From Scyliorhinus canicula (Eukaryota), in contig NC_052147.1 in NCBI RefSeq assembly GCF_902713615.1, positions 2,976,001 through 3,040,000 of the forward strand: 64,000 nucleotides of DNA. Direction: 5' to 3'. Below the pieces are notes generated by a model. The model did no database searches. It worked only from the letters and a program-made list of their open reading frames with translations, and was not told the DNA's origin. Within the stretch, counting starts at the first letter, position 1. Each line of letters starts with the position of its first letter. Of the stretch, positions 47,691-59,348 are shown one piece after another. The position numbers and the translations under genes are program-made.

Positions 47691-48562
47691 GTAGTGGGCC
47701 GAATCTCGAATAATGATGAGTCAGAATACAGGAGGGATATTGAGAACCTAGTGGAGTGGTGCAGTGACAACAATCTCTCCCTCAATGCCAGCAAAACTAA
47801 AGAGCTGGTCATTGACTTCAGGAAGCAAAGTACTGTACACACCCCTGTCAGCATCAACGGGGCTGAGGTGGAGATGGTTAGCAGTTTCAAATTCCTAGGG
47901 GTGCACATCTCCAAAAATCTGTCCTGGTCCACCTACGTCGACGCTACCACCAAGAAAACACAACAGCGCCTATACTTCCTCAGGAAACTAAGGAAATTTG
48001 GAATGTCCACATTAACCCTTACCAACTTTTACAGATGCACTATAGAAAGCATCCTATCTGGCTGCATCACAGCCTGGTATGGCAACTGCTCGGCCCGGGA
48101 CCGCAAGGAACTTCAGAGAGTCGTGAACACCGCCCAGTCCATCACACAAACCTGCCTCCCATCCATTGACTCCATCTACACCTCCTGCTGCCTGGGGAAA
48201 GCGGGCAGCATAATCAAAGACCCCTCCCACCCGGCTTACTCACTCATCCAACTTCTTCCATCGGGCAGGAGATACAGAAGTCTGAGAACACGCACAAACA
48301 GACTCAGAAACAGCTTCTTCCCCATTGTTACCAGACTCCTAAATGACTACCTTCTGGACTGCCCCCATTAACAGTACAACCTGTATGCTTCACCCGATGC
48401 TGGTGTTGTGTAGTTACATTGTATATCTTGTGTTGCCCTATTATGTATTTTCTTTATTCACTTTTGTTCCCATGTACTTAATGATCTGTTGAGCTGCTCG
48501 CAGAAAAATATTTTTCACTGTACCTCGGTACACGTGACAATAAACAAATCCAATCCAATCCA
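47691..48562 (+). mobile_element. Rex1/Babar-type LINE 3' fragment (RT C-terminus plus DUF1891-like region, 3'UTR, (AATCC)n tail)
   Basis: ORF 47694-48371: WCSDNNLSLNASKTKELVIDFRK, FKFLGVHIS, QRLYFLRKL, FYRCTIESIL, LLPSGRRYRS. Confidence 0.85.
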
Positions 48563-49120
48563 TAATGAGCGGGAATTCCGGGATAGTGAGCAGGAATTCC
48601 AGGGATAATGAGCGGTAATTCCAGTATAGTGAGTGGGAATTTCAGGATAGTGGGTGGGAATTCTGGAAAGTGAGTGGGAATTCCAGGATAGTGAGTGGGA
48701 ATTCCGTCATAATGATCGGAAATTTCAGCATAATGAGAGGGAATTCCGGGACAGTGAGAGGAAATTCTGGGTTAACGAGTGGGAATTCTGGAATAGTGAG
48801 TAGGAATTCCAGGAAAATGAGTGGGAATTCCATGATAGTGAATGAGAATCCCTGGGATAGAGAGAGGGATTTTGGGATAGTGAATGTGAATTCTGGGATA
48901 GTGAGTGGGAATACCGGGTTTTGAGTGGGAATTCTGGGATAATGAGTGGGAATTCCAGGTTAATGACTGGCAATTCTGGGGTAGTGAGTGGGAATTCCAG
49001 GGTAGTGAGTGGGAATTCTGGGATAGTGAGCGGGAATTCCGGGGTAGTGAGTGGGAATTCTGGGATCATGAGCAGGAATTCCAGGATAATGAGCGGCAAT
49101 TCCGGGATAGTGAGTGGGAA

Positions 49121-52100
49121 CACTAGTGTTTTGTGTTTAAGCAAAGGAGATTACAATGGGATGAGAGAAGAACGAGCTAAGGTAGACTGGGAGCAAAGAC
49201 TTTATGGTGAAACAGTTGAGGAACAGTGGAGAACCTTCCAAGCGATTTTTCATAGTGCTCAGCAATGGTTTATACCAACAAAAAGGAAGGACGGTAGAAA
49301 GAGGGAAAATCCACCATGGATATCTAAGGAAGTAAGGGAGAGTATCAAATTGAAGGAAAAGGCATACAAAGTGGCAAAGATTAGTGGGAGACTAGAGGAC
49401 TGGGAAATCTTTAGGGGGCAACAGAAAGCTACTAAAAAAAACTATAAAGAAGAGTAAAATAGATTATGAGTAAACTTGCTCAGAATATAAAAACAGATAG
49501 TAAAAGTTTCTACAAATATATAAAACAAAAATGGGAGATGAGGAAATGGCTGAGGAACTGAACAGATTTTTTGGGTCAGTCTTCACAGTGGAAGACACAA
49601 ATAACATGCCAGTGACTGATAGAAATGAGGCTATGACAGGTGAGGACCTTGGGAGAATTGTTATCACTAAGGAGGTAGTGATGGGCAAGCTAATGGGGCT
49701 AAAGGTAGACAAGTCTCCTGGCCCTGATGGAATGCATCCCAGAGTGCTAAAAGAGATGGCTAAGGAAATTGCAAATGCACTAGTGATAATTTACCAAAAT
49801 TCACTAGACTCTAGGGTGGTCCCGGTGGATTGGAAATTAGCAAACGTGACACCACTGTTTAAAAAAGGAGGTAGGCAGAAAGCAGGAAATTATGGGCCAG
49901 TTGGGTTAACTTTGGTAGTAGGGAAGATGCTGGAATCTATCATTAAGGAAGAAATAGCGAGGCATCTGGATAGAAATTGTCCCATTGGACAGACGCAGCA
50001 TGGGTTCATAAAGGGCAGGCCGTGCCTAACTAATTTAGTGGAATTTTTTGAGGGACATTACCAGTGCGGTAGATAACAGGGAGCCAACGGATGTGGTATA
50101 TCTGGATTTCCAGAAAGCTTTTGACAAGGTGCCACACAAAAGGTTGCTGCATAAGATAAAGATGCATGGCATTAAGGGTAAAGTAATAGCATGGATAGAG
50201 GATTGGTTAATTAATAGAAAGCAAAGAGTGGGGATTAATGGGTGTTTCTCTGGTTGGCAATCAGTAGCTAGTGGTGTCCCTCAGGGTATAGTGTTGGGCC
50301 CACAATTGTTCACAATTTACATAGATTATTTGGAGTTGGGGATCAAGTGCAATGTGTCCAAGTTTGCAGACGACACTAAGATGAGTGGTAAAGCAAAAAG
50401 TGCAGAGGATACCAGAAGTCTGCAGAGGGATTTGGATAGGTTAAGTGAATGGGCTAGGGTCTAGCAGATGGAATACAATGTTGACAAATGTGAGGTTATC
50501 CATTTTGGTAGGAATAACAGCAAAAGGGATTATTATTTAAATGATAAAATATATATATATTTTTTTAAGTTATGTTAAATTCTTTAATTTCTGAGACTGT
50601 TATATCCATACATCTAATATCTTAAACACTTTTTTCAACAAAATAGGCTTTTAATGGAAACGATGGTTGTTTAAGAGTTGTGGTGATACCCGCTGCTTTA
50701 AAATGTGGCGTTGTACAAACATGAATGTCAAAAAAGTCCTGGATACACCAAATAGTTATACATGTAGCTTGCATCCACATTACAGCAAACGCAGGTTTGT
50801 GGTCCAAAATACATCAGCCGTGTTCAGCATTTACTAGAGACAGCACAAAGGAAAGATTGGCTCCGAAAGCAAGATAAATCCCATTGGCAGATGAAGACCA
50901 GAAAACAATATTGCACTGATCGTTCCAACCTTTGTGTTTTGACTCTAATAAATAGTCCTGAGCTTTAATACTATTGCGAAGGGACAATAATTTAAAGGCG
51001 AAACCTGCAGCAAGTGTCTGTGTGATGTGCATATTCACAGCTTTAGCTAAATGTGCCACATTGGTCTCAACAGTACTAATTTCAATAGATAATTCCTGAC
51101 GACAAAGATTCTACTGTGTATACAGTGGTTACACGCAAGATTATTTGTGTTATCATACAACTTTGTCCAACAAAAACAATTAGTATTGGCTTACATTTAC
51201 AGTATTAAGATTAATTGCTTTTTAAATGGGATTTATTTTCCCAGTACTTTGAGATCTACAAGATGCGCCTAGAAAAAAAATACTACAGTGGAGAATGAAG
51301 TAAGCTTGAATAGTGGGAGGTACAATTCCAGATTAATTGCTGTAACTTTGTCCTTCTGGGGGCTGAGCGAGTTTTCCGTTTTCTTTACACATCATTTAAC
51401 GCCGAAGTTCCGTCAGAACAGCTTTGATACTATATGAATTCTGCCATTTAGCTAGGACTGATATGCTTTTTGGATCCACCGTTTCATTGGAACTAATTAC
51501 TCCATTCATATTTATTTTTGTTACAAATCTAACATGTGGTGCTGCCTCTGGATATCTAGGACCACAGTCTATTTTAAGGCTGTACATGCGGTGTTCATAA
51601 ATTGTTCTTGCGGGTCCAATAATCATCCCTATCCACCTTGGAAGTGTCATATCTTCATCATCTTCATGTCCCCAACTTACTGTCCCATCACTTGCCCCCT
51701 TCTGGCCATCTTCTAGCTCTTCCAAAAGACGGAAATTGCGTGGAACTGTTACAGTCTTACTCCCGGTGGTCGCCATCTTGTGTCGCTCTAAATGATAAAA
51801 TATTAATAAATGCCGCTGTACTGGGTATGCTAGTGCTTGAGTCGCAAAAGTTGGTTTACAGGTGCAACAGGTGATTAAGAAGGCAAATGGAAATTTGTCC
51901 TTCATTGCTAGAGGGATGGAGTTTAAGACTAGGGAGGTTATGCTGTAATTGTATAAGGTGTTAGTGAGGCCACACCTGGAGTATTGTGTTCAGTTTTGGT
52001 CTCCTTACCCGAGAAAGGATGTACTGGCGCTGGAGGGTGTGCAGAGGAGATTCACTAGGTTAATCCCAGAGTTGAAGGGGTTGGATTACAAGGAGAGGTT

Positions 52101-52551
52101 GAGTAGACTGGGACTGTACTCGTTGGAATTTAGAAGGATGCGGGGGGGGGGGGGGGGGCGGAATCTTATAGAAACATATAAAATTATGAAGGGAATAGAT
52201 AGGATAGATGCGGACAGGTTGTTTCCACTGGCGGGTGAAAGCAGAACAAGGGGGCATAGCCTCAAAATAAGGGGAAGTAGATTTAGAACTGAGTTTAGGA
52301 GGAACTTCTTCACCCAAAGGGTTGTGAATCTATGCAATTCCTTGTCCAGTGAAGCAGTTGAGGCTCCTTCATTAAATGTTTTTACGGTAAAGACAGATAG
52401 TATTTTGAAGAATAAAGGGATTAAGGGTTATGGTGTTCGGGCCGGAAAGTGGAGCTGAGTCCACAAAAGATCAGCCATGATCTCATTGAATAGCAAACAG
52501 GCTCGAGCGGCCAGATGGCCTACTCCTGCTCCTACTTCTTACGTTCGTATG
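49121..52551 (+). mobile_element. CR1 LINE ORF2 (5'-truncated) inserted in the satellite and interrupted by the UBE2V1 retrocopy
   Basis: ORFs 48921-49457 (3' part), 49531-50076, 50048-50464 and 51949-52458 carry CR1 RT motifs. 3' tail TGGCCTACTCCTGCTCCTACTTCTTA. Confidence 0.95.
50553..51788 (-). pseudogene. UBE2V1: Processed pseudogene of ubiquitin-conjugating enzyme E2 variant 1 (CDS 51776-51333, premature TAA at 51398-51396)
   Basis: Intronless [27 protein letters not shown]...[39 protein letters not shown] (147 codons). 3'UTR with ATTAAA (50588-50583), decayed poly(A), 15-bp TSD TAAATGATAAAATAT (50538-50552 / 51789-51803). RTIYE, SISVL and YSN favour V1 over V2. Confidence 0.9.
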
Positions 52552-53939
52552 GAATTCCGGGATAATGAGTATGAATTCCGGGATAGTGGGTGGGAAATCT
52601 GTGATAATGAGTGGGAATTCTGGGGAAATAAGCGTGAATTCCAGGATAGTGAGTGGGAATTGAGAGATAGTGATTGGGAATTCCGGGATAATGAGTCGGA
52701 ATTCTGGGATAATTAGTATGAATTCCGAGATAGTGAGAAGGAATTCCGGGCTAATGAGCGTGAATTCCAGGATAGTGAGTGGGAATTCCGGGAAGATGAG
52801 TGGGAATTCCGGGATAGTGAGTGGGAATTCCGAGATAGTGAGTAGGAATTCCAGGTTAGTGAATGGGAATTCCGGCATAGTGAGTGGGAATTCCGAGATG
52901 TGAGAAGGAATTCCAGGTTAGTGAGTGGGAATTCCAGGGTAATGAGCGGGAATTCCACGATTGTGAGTGGGAATTCCAGGAAAACCATAGGGAATTCCGG
53001 GAAAGTGAGTGGGAATTCCGGAATAGTGAGTGGGAATCCCTGGGATAGAGAGTGGGAATTCCGGGACAGAGAATGGGAATTCTGGGATAATGACTGGGAC
53101 TTCTGGGGTACTGAGTGGGAATTCCTGGATAATGAGTGGGAATTCCAGGATAGCGAGTGGGAATTCCGGGATAATGAGCGGGAATTCCAGGATAGTGAAT
53201 GGGAATTTTGAGATATTGAGTGGGACATCCGTGCTACTGAGTGGGAATTCCAGGATAATTAGTATGAATTCCAGGGTTGTGGGAAGAATTCCGGGCTTAT
53301 GAGTGTTATTTCCAGGATAGTTTTTGGGAATTCCGGGGTAATGAGCGGGAATTCCACGTTTGTGACTGGGAATTCCGGGAAAATCATAGGGAATTCCGGG
53401 AAAGTTAGTGGGAAATCCGGAATACTGAGTGGGCCTCCCTGGGATAGAGAATGGGAATTCCGGGACAAAGAATGGGAATTCTGGGATAACGACTGGGACT
53501 TATGGGGTACTGAGTGGGAATTCCTGGATAATGAGTGGGAATTCCAGGATAGTGAGCGGGAATTACAGGATAGTCAGCGGGAATTCCGGGATAGTGAGTG
53601 GGAATTATATAATGAGCAGGAATCCAAGGATAATTAGTGGGAATTCCGGGATGGTGGGTAAGAAATCCGGGATAATGAGCGGGAATTCCAGGATAGTGAA
53701 TGGGAATTCTGAGATATTGAGTGGGACATCAGTGCTAATGAGTGGGAATTCTGGGATAATGAGCAGGAATTCCGGGATAATGAGTGGAAAGTCCGGGAAA
53801 AAGAGTGGGAATTCCAGGATAATGAGCAGGAATTCCGGGATAATGAGCAGAAATTCCGGGATAATGAGTGGAAAGTCCGGGAAAAAGAGTGGGAATTCTG
53901 GGATAATGGAGTTGGACAGGTTCCTGGTCTTCCTAATTT

Positions 53940-54000
53940 TCCCGTTGCGCAAACCTGATGAATGGGGGCGTGGCTCTAGTATGACGTCCGTGCACATTAG
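53940..54000 (+). promoter_or_regulatory. Candidate core promoter motifs for the downstream unknown gene
   Basis: C/EBP palindrome TTGCGCAA (53945-53952), KLF/Sp box GGGGGCGTGGC (53964-53974) and CRE-like TGACGTC (53982-53988), in a ~90-bp unique island between two arrays. Confidence 0.45.
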
Positions 54001-54004
54001 TGGG

Positions 54005-54891
54005 TGGGGCTCCCGGGGGGGGCGGGGCTCCCGGCCCGGGGGGGGGCTCCCGGCCCGGGGGGGGGGCGGGGCTCCCGGCCCGGGGGGGGGGGGGGGGCTC
54101 CCGGCCCGGGGGGGGGGGGGGGGGCTCCCGGCCCGGGGGGGGGGGGGGGGCTCCCGGCCCGGGGGGGGGCTCCCGGCCCGGGGGGGGGGGGGGGGGGGGC
54201 TCCCGGCCCGGGGGGGGGGGGGGCTCCCGGCCCGGGGGGGGGGCTCCCGGACCGGGGGGGGGGCTGCCGGCCCGGGGGGGGGGGGCTGCTCCCGGCCCGG
54301 GGGGGGGGGCGGGGCTCCCGGCCCGGGGGGGGGGGGCGGGGCGGGGCGGGGCGGGGGGGGGGCGGGGCGGGGCGGGGGGGGGGGCGGGGCGGGGGGGGGG
54401 GCGGGGCGGGGGGGGGGCGGGGCGGGGGGGGGGCGGGGCGGGGGGGGGGGGCGGGGCGGGGGGGGGGGGGGCGGGGCGGGGGGGGGGCGGGGGGGGGGGC
54501 GGGGCGGGGGGGGGGGCGGGGCGGGGCTCCCGGCCGGGGGGGGGGGGCGGGGCTCCCGGCCCGGGGGGGGGGCGGGGGGGGGGCGGGGCGGGGGGGGGGG
54601 CGGGGCGGGGGGGGGGGGGGGGGCGGGGGGGGGGGGGGGCGGGGGGGGCGGGGCGGGGCTCCCGGCCGGGGGGGGGGGCGGGGCTCCCGGCCCGGGGGGG
54701 GGGCGGGGGGGGGCGGGGCGGGGGGGGGGGCGGGGCGGGGGGGGGCGGGGCGGGGGGGGGGGGGGCGGGGCGGGGGGGGGGGGGGCGGGGCGGGGCTCCC
54801 GCCCGGGGGGGGGGGCGGGGCTCCCGGCCCGGGGGGGGGGGCGGGGGCTCCCGGCCAGGGGGGGGCTCCCGGGGTGCATTGCGGGGGGGGG
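54005..54891. repeat. Extremely G-rich array (GGGCTCCCGGCCC+Gn and GGGGC repeats)
   Basis: Directly visible; homopolymer lengths may be unreliable. Confidence 0.93.
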
Positions 54892-54932
54892 AGTTTTGAA
54901 TGGGGAGGGATGTGAGGGAGGGAGGTGTGAGG

Positions 54933-54985
54933 ATGGAGTTTTACTCACTCTGGTCCCTCACTGAGTCGCCCCACAGGTTCCTCAG
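54933..54985 (+). CDS. Unknown gene, coding exon 1 (MEFYSLWSLTESPHRFLR; alternative in-frame ATG at 54900), phase 2
   Basis: Strong Kozak aggATGg, in-frame stop at 54897, donor CAG|GTAAAT, phase matches exon 2. Confidence 0.6.
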
Positions 54986-55002
54986 GTAAATGGAACCGGT
55001 TT

Positions 55003-58000
55003 GGGGGGGTCCTGCCCTTGCTGTGCAGTGGGGGGGGGGGGGTCTGCCCTGCCCTTGCTGTGCAGGGGGGGGGGGGGGTCTGCCCTTGCCCTTGCTGTGC
55101 AGTGGGGGGGGGGGGGGGGGGTCTGCCCTTGCTGTGCAGTGGGGGGGGGGGGGGGTCTGCCCTTGCTGTGCAGTGGGGGGGGGGGGGGGGTCTGCCCTTG
55201 CTGTGCAGTGGGGGGGGGTCTGCCCTTGCTGTGCAGTGGGGGGGGGGGGGGGTCTGCCCTTGCTGTGCAGTGGGGGGGGGGGGGGGGGTCTGCCCTTGCT
55301 GTGCAGGTGGGGGGGGGGGGGGGGGTCTGCCTTGCTGTGCAGGGGGGGGGGGTGGTCCTGCCCTTGCTGTGCAGTGGGGGGGGGGGGGGTCCTGCCCTTG
55401 CTGTGCAGTGGGGGGGGGGGTGGTCCTGCCCTTGCTGTGCAGTGGGGGGGGGGGGTCCTGCCCTTGCTGTGCTGTGGGGGGGGGGGTGTCCTGCCCTTGC
55501 TGTGCAGTGGGGGGGGGGGTCCTGCCCTTGCTGTGCAGTGGGGGGGGGGGTGGTCCTGCCCTTGCTGTGCAGTGGGGGGGGGGGGGTGTCCTGCCCTTGC
55601 TGTGCAGTGGGGGGGGGGGGTGGTCCTGCCCTTGCTGTGGCAGTGGGGGGGGGGGGTGGTCCTGCCCTTGCTGTGCAGTGGGGGGGGGGGGGGTCCTGCC
55701 CTTGCTGTGCAGTGGGGGGGGGGGGGGTCCTGCCCTTGCTGTGCAGGGGGGGGGGGGGGGTGTCCTGCCCTTGCTGTGCAGTGGGGGGGGGGGGTTCCTG
55801 CCCTTGCTGTGCAGTGGGGTGGGGGGGTCCTGCCCTTGCTGTGCAGTGGGGGGGGGGGGTCTGCCCTTGCTGTGCAGTGGGGGGGGGGGGGTGGTGGTCT
55901 GCCCTTGCTGTGCAGTGGGGGGGGTGGTGGTCTGCCCTTGCTGTGCAGTGGGGGGGGGGGGGGTGGTTGCCCTTGCTGTGCAGTGGGGGGGGGGGGGGGG
56001 GGGGGTCTGCCCTTGCTGTGCAGTGGGGGGGGGGGTGTGGTCGCCCTTGCTGTGCAGTGGGGGGGGGGGGGGGTCTGCCCTTGCTGTGCAGTGGGGGGGG
56101 GGGGGTCTGCCCTTGCTGTGCAGGGAGGGGGGGGCTGCCCTTGCTGTGCAGGGAGGGGGGGGGCTGCCCTTGCTGTGCAGGGGGGGGGGGGGGGGGGGTC
56201 TGCCCTGCTGGCAGTGGGGGGGGGGGTCTGCCCTTGCTGTGCAGTGGGGGGGTGGTCTGCCCTTGCTGTGCAGTGGGGGGGGGGGGTCTGCCCTTGCTGT
56301 GCAGTGGGGGGGGGGGGTGGTGGTCTGCCCTTGCTGTGCGGGGGGGGGTGGTGGTCTGCCCTTGCTGTGCAGTGGGGGGGGGGGGGGTGGTCCTGCCCTT
56401 GCTGTGCAGTGGGGGGGGGGGGTGGTCTGCCCTTGCTGTGCAGTGGGGGGGGGGGGTGGTCCTGCCCTTGCTGTGCAGTGGGGGGGGGGGGGGGGTCCTG
56501 CCCTTGCTGTGCAGTGGGGGGGGGGGGGGGTCCTGCCCTTGCTGTGCAGTGGGGGGGGGGGGGTGGTCTGCCCTTGCTGTGCAGTGGGGGGGGGGGGTGG
56601 TCCTGCCCTTGCTGTGCAGTGGGGGGGGGGGTGGTCCTGCCCTTGCTGTGCAGTGGGGGGGGGGGGTGGTCCTGCCCTTGCTGTGCAGTGGGGGGGGGGG
56701 GGTGGTCCTGCCCTTGCTGTGCAGTGGGGGGGGGGGTGGTCTGCCCTTGCTGTGCAGTGGGGGGGGGGGGGTGGTCCTGCCCTTGCTGTGCAGTGGGGGG
56801 GGGGTGGTCTGCCCTTGCTGTGCAGTGGGGGGGGGGGTGGTCCTGCCCTTGCTGTGCAGTGGGGGGGGGGGTGGTCTGCCCTTGCTGTGCAGTGGGGGGG
56901 GGTGGTCTGCCCTTGCTGTGCAGTGGGGGGGGTGGTCTGCCCTGCTGTGCAGTGGGGGGGGGTGGTCTGCCCTTGCTGTGCAGTGGGGGGGGGGGGGTGG
57001 TCTGCCCCTTGCTGTGCAGTGGGGGGGGGGGGTGGTCTGCCCTTGCTGTGCGGTGGGGGGGGGGGGTGGTCTGCCCTTGCTGTGCAGTGGGGGGGGTCTG
57101 CCCTTGCTGTGCAGTGGGGGGGGGTCTGCCCTTGCTGTGCAGTGGGGGGGTGGTCTTGCCCTTGCTGTGCAGTGGGGGGGGGTGGTCTGCCCTGCTGTGC
57201 AGTGGGGGGGGGGTTGGTCTGCCCTTGCTGTGCCAGTGGGGGGGGGGTGGTCTGCCCTTGCTGTGCAGTGGCGGGGGGGGGGGTGTGGTCTGCCCTTGCT
57301 GTGCAGTGGAGGGAGGGTGGTCTGCCCTTGCTGTGCAGGTGGGGGGGGGGGGTGGTCTGCCCTTGCTGTGCAGTGGGGGGGGGGGGGTGGTCTGCCCTTG
57401 CTGTGCAGTGGGGGGGGGGGGTGGTCTGCCCTTGCTGTGCAGTGGCGGGGGGGGGGGGTGGTCTGCCCTTGCTGTGCAGTGGGGGGGGGGGGGGGTCTGC
57501 CCTTGCTGTGCAGTGGGGGGGGGGGTGGTCTGCCCTTGCTGTGCAGTGGGGGGGGGGTGGTCTGCCCTTGCTGTGCAGTGGGGGGGGGTGGTCTGCCCTT
57601 GCTGTGCAGTGGGGGGGGGTGGTCTGCCCTTGCTGTGCAGTGGGGGGGGGGGGGGTGGTCTGCCCTTGCTGTGCAGTGGGGGGGGGGGTGGTCTGCCCTT
57701 GCTGTGCAGTGGGGGGGGGGTGGTCTGCCCTTGCTGTGCAGTGGGGGGGGGGGTGGTCTGCCCTTGCTGTGCAGTGGGGGGGGGGGGTGTCCTGCCCTTG
57801 CTGTGCAGTGGTGGGGGGGGGGGGGTGTCCTGCCCTTGCTGTGCAGTGGGGGGGGGGGTGTCCTGCCCTTGCTGTGCAGTGGGGGGGGGGGGTGTCCTGC
57901 CCTTGCTGTGCAGGGGGGGGGGGGGGGGGTGTCCTGCCCTTGCTGTGCAGTGGGGGGGGGGGGTGTCCTGCCCTTGCTGTGCAGTGGGGGGGGGGGGGTG

Positions 58001-58313
58001 TCCTGCCCTTGCTGTGCAGTGGGGGGGGGGGTGTCCTGCCCTTGCTGTGCAGTGGGGGGGGGGTGTCCTGCCCTTGCTGTGCAGGGGGGGGGGGGTGTCC
58101 TGCCCTTGCTGTGCAGGGGGGGGGGGTGTCCTGCCCTTGCTGTGCAGTGGGGGGGGGGGGGTGTCCTGCCCTTGCTGTGCAGTGGGGGGGTGTCCTGCCC
58201 TTGCTGTGCAGTGGGGGGGGGGGGTCCTGCCCTTGCTGTGCAGTGGGTGGGGGGGGGGGGTGTTCTGCCCTTGCTGTGCAGTGGGGGGGGGGGTCTGCCC
58301 TTGCTGTGCAGTG
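55003..58313. repeat. Minisatellite CTGCCCTTGCTGTGCAGT + G-run + (T)GGT(C), ~30-36 bp, ~100 units, in intron 1 of the unknown gene
   Basis: Directly visible; starts about 17 nt after the donor. Confidence 0.97.
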
Positions 58314-58945
58314 GTTGGTGTAGCAGTTACACATGGAGGGTGGACACCATTCATTACCCAGGGAAGGTCCTGTTTCTGTTCTCCTTATCCTCCCAACAAA
58401 AGTCCCTTACCTGAGTCCTACAAGGATGTTCCTGCCTTAGAGAGTTGGCAGGTCCTTCCACACCCCTCCTCCTTATTGATTCCAATGCCACTGAAACCCC
58501 TAACCTGCTGCCACTTGGCAATTATTCCCTGTGTTTCACTCATTTATACCTCATGCTCCAGGTCCCCGAGTAGGTGATGTCTTTATCTTGAACCAGTGCA
58601 GTCTGCAGGATGTCTGTCCAGTTCTATTCCTTATCTGGTGCTTTCCGGACACTCCAAAGGGAAAAGTAAGACCTAATCGGTGGTGGACTGAAGCTGCCTC
58701 TAGAGCAGATTTCCTCCGCTAAAGGATATTTGTGAACCCTATGGTTTTTTCTGGTAATCTAAGATCTTCTTGGTTCTATTTACCTAGATTTTTAATTCAA
58801 ATTCTCATACAGTAATTTTTCTCCTACCTCCTTGGAGGTTTCCCAATAAAACAGGATGAGTGAAGGGTGTACAAGCTTTCATTGGAGGCAGTTTTAGACC
58901 AGCTCAGAGTTTTGACTGGTTTCCGTGCTGCCTCTTGTCTTACAG

Positions 58946-59122
58946 AAAGCACAACGGATCCTTCTACTGTTGCCAGTTGGCACTACCGCTACCAGAGCAC
59001 CTGGTTATTTTTGGTTTGGGGAACTGGAACATGCCCACGGAGGAGACCTTTTTCTCAGTTGAGGTGTTGGTGAGCGCTGAAATCAAACCTCAGAGAATCG
59101 GACTACTTTCCCCAGCAGTGAG
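58946..59122 (+). CDS. Unknown gene, coding exon 2 (KHNGSFYCCQLALPLPEHLVIFGLGNWNMPTEETFFSVEVLVSAEIKPQRIGLLSPAVR), phase 2 to 2
   Basis: Acceptor CCTCTTGTCTTACAG|, donor AG|GTGAGG, 177 nt open, globular-like composition. Confidence 0.7.
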
Positions 59123-59348
59123 GTGAGGCCGGTTTGGCAGGTGTTATCTTCAGGTGTTTGAGGGATGTGTTCATATTGATGGATTGGATTTGTCTGACCC
59201 TGTGACTGGAAATGACATTATGAGGTAATTACAGCAAAAGAAACGGATCATTTGGCCTAGCTCCTCCAAATGACCCTCTTCCCACCTGTACTTCATCCCA
59301 CCCGATCAGATGAACTTCTATTAATTTTTCCCTTAAATAACTATTATT

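Larger units (their letters stand above)
47172..53910. repeat. Diverged 21-bp satellite (consensus ~GTGGGAATTCCGGGATAATGA) in three blocks (47172-47690, 48562-49120, 52551-53910) split by LINE insertions
   Basis: Directly visible; the 7-residue periodicity in the ORFs (MSGNSGI, EFPLIIP) confirms the 21-bp period. Confidence 0.95.

Noticed and set aside
51777-51905. 43-aa N-terminal extension on the UBE2V1 ORF (possible chimeric retrogene)
   Set aside because: It is antisense CR1, TSD and 5'UTR sequence that is open by chance, and the CDS has a premature stop. No evidence of expression.
54941-54985. Minus-strand exon ending at a GTGAGT donor near 54948
   Set aside because: No matching acceptor or partner exons found; the plus-strand reading explains the segment with three further in-phase exons.
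53429-58577. 500-1200 aa Gly/Cys- or Pro-rich ORFs resembling keratin-associated or extensin proteins
   Set aside because: Open on both strands and in several frames, with frame set by variable G-run length; minisatellite artefact.
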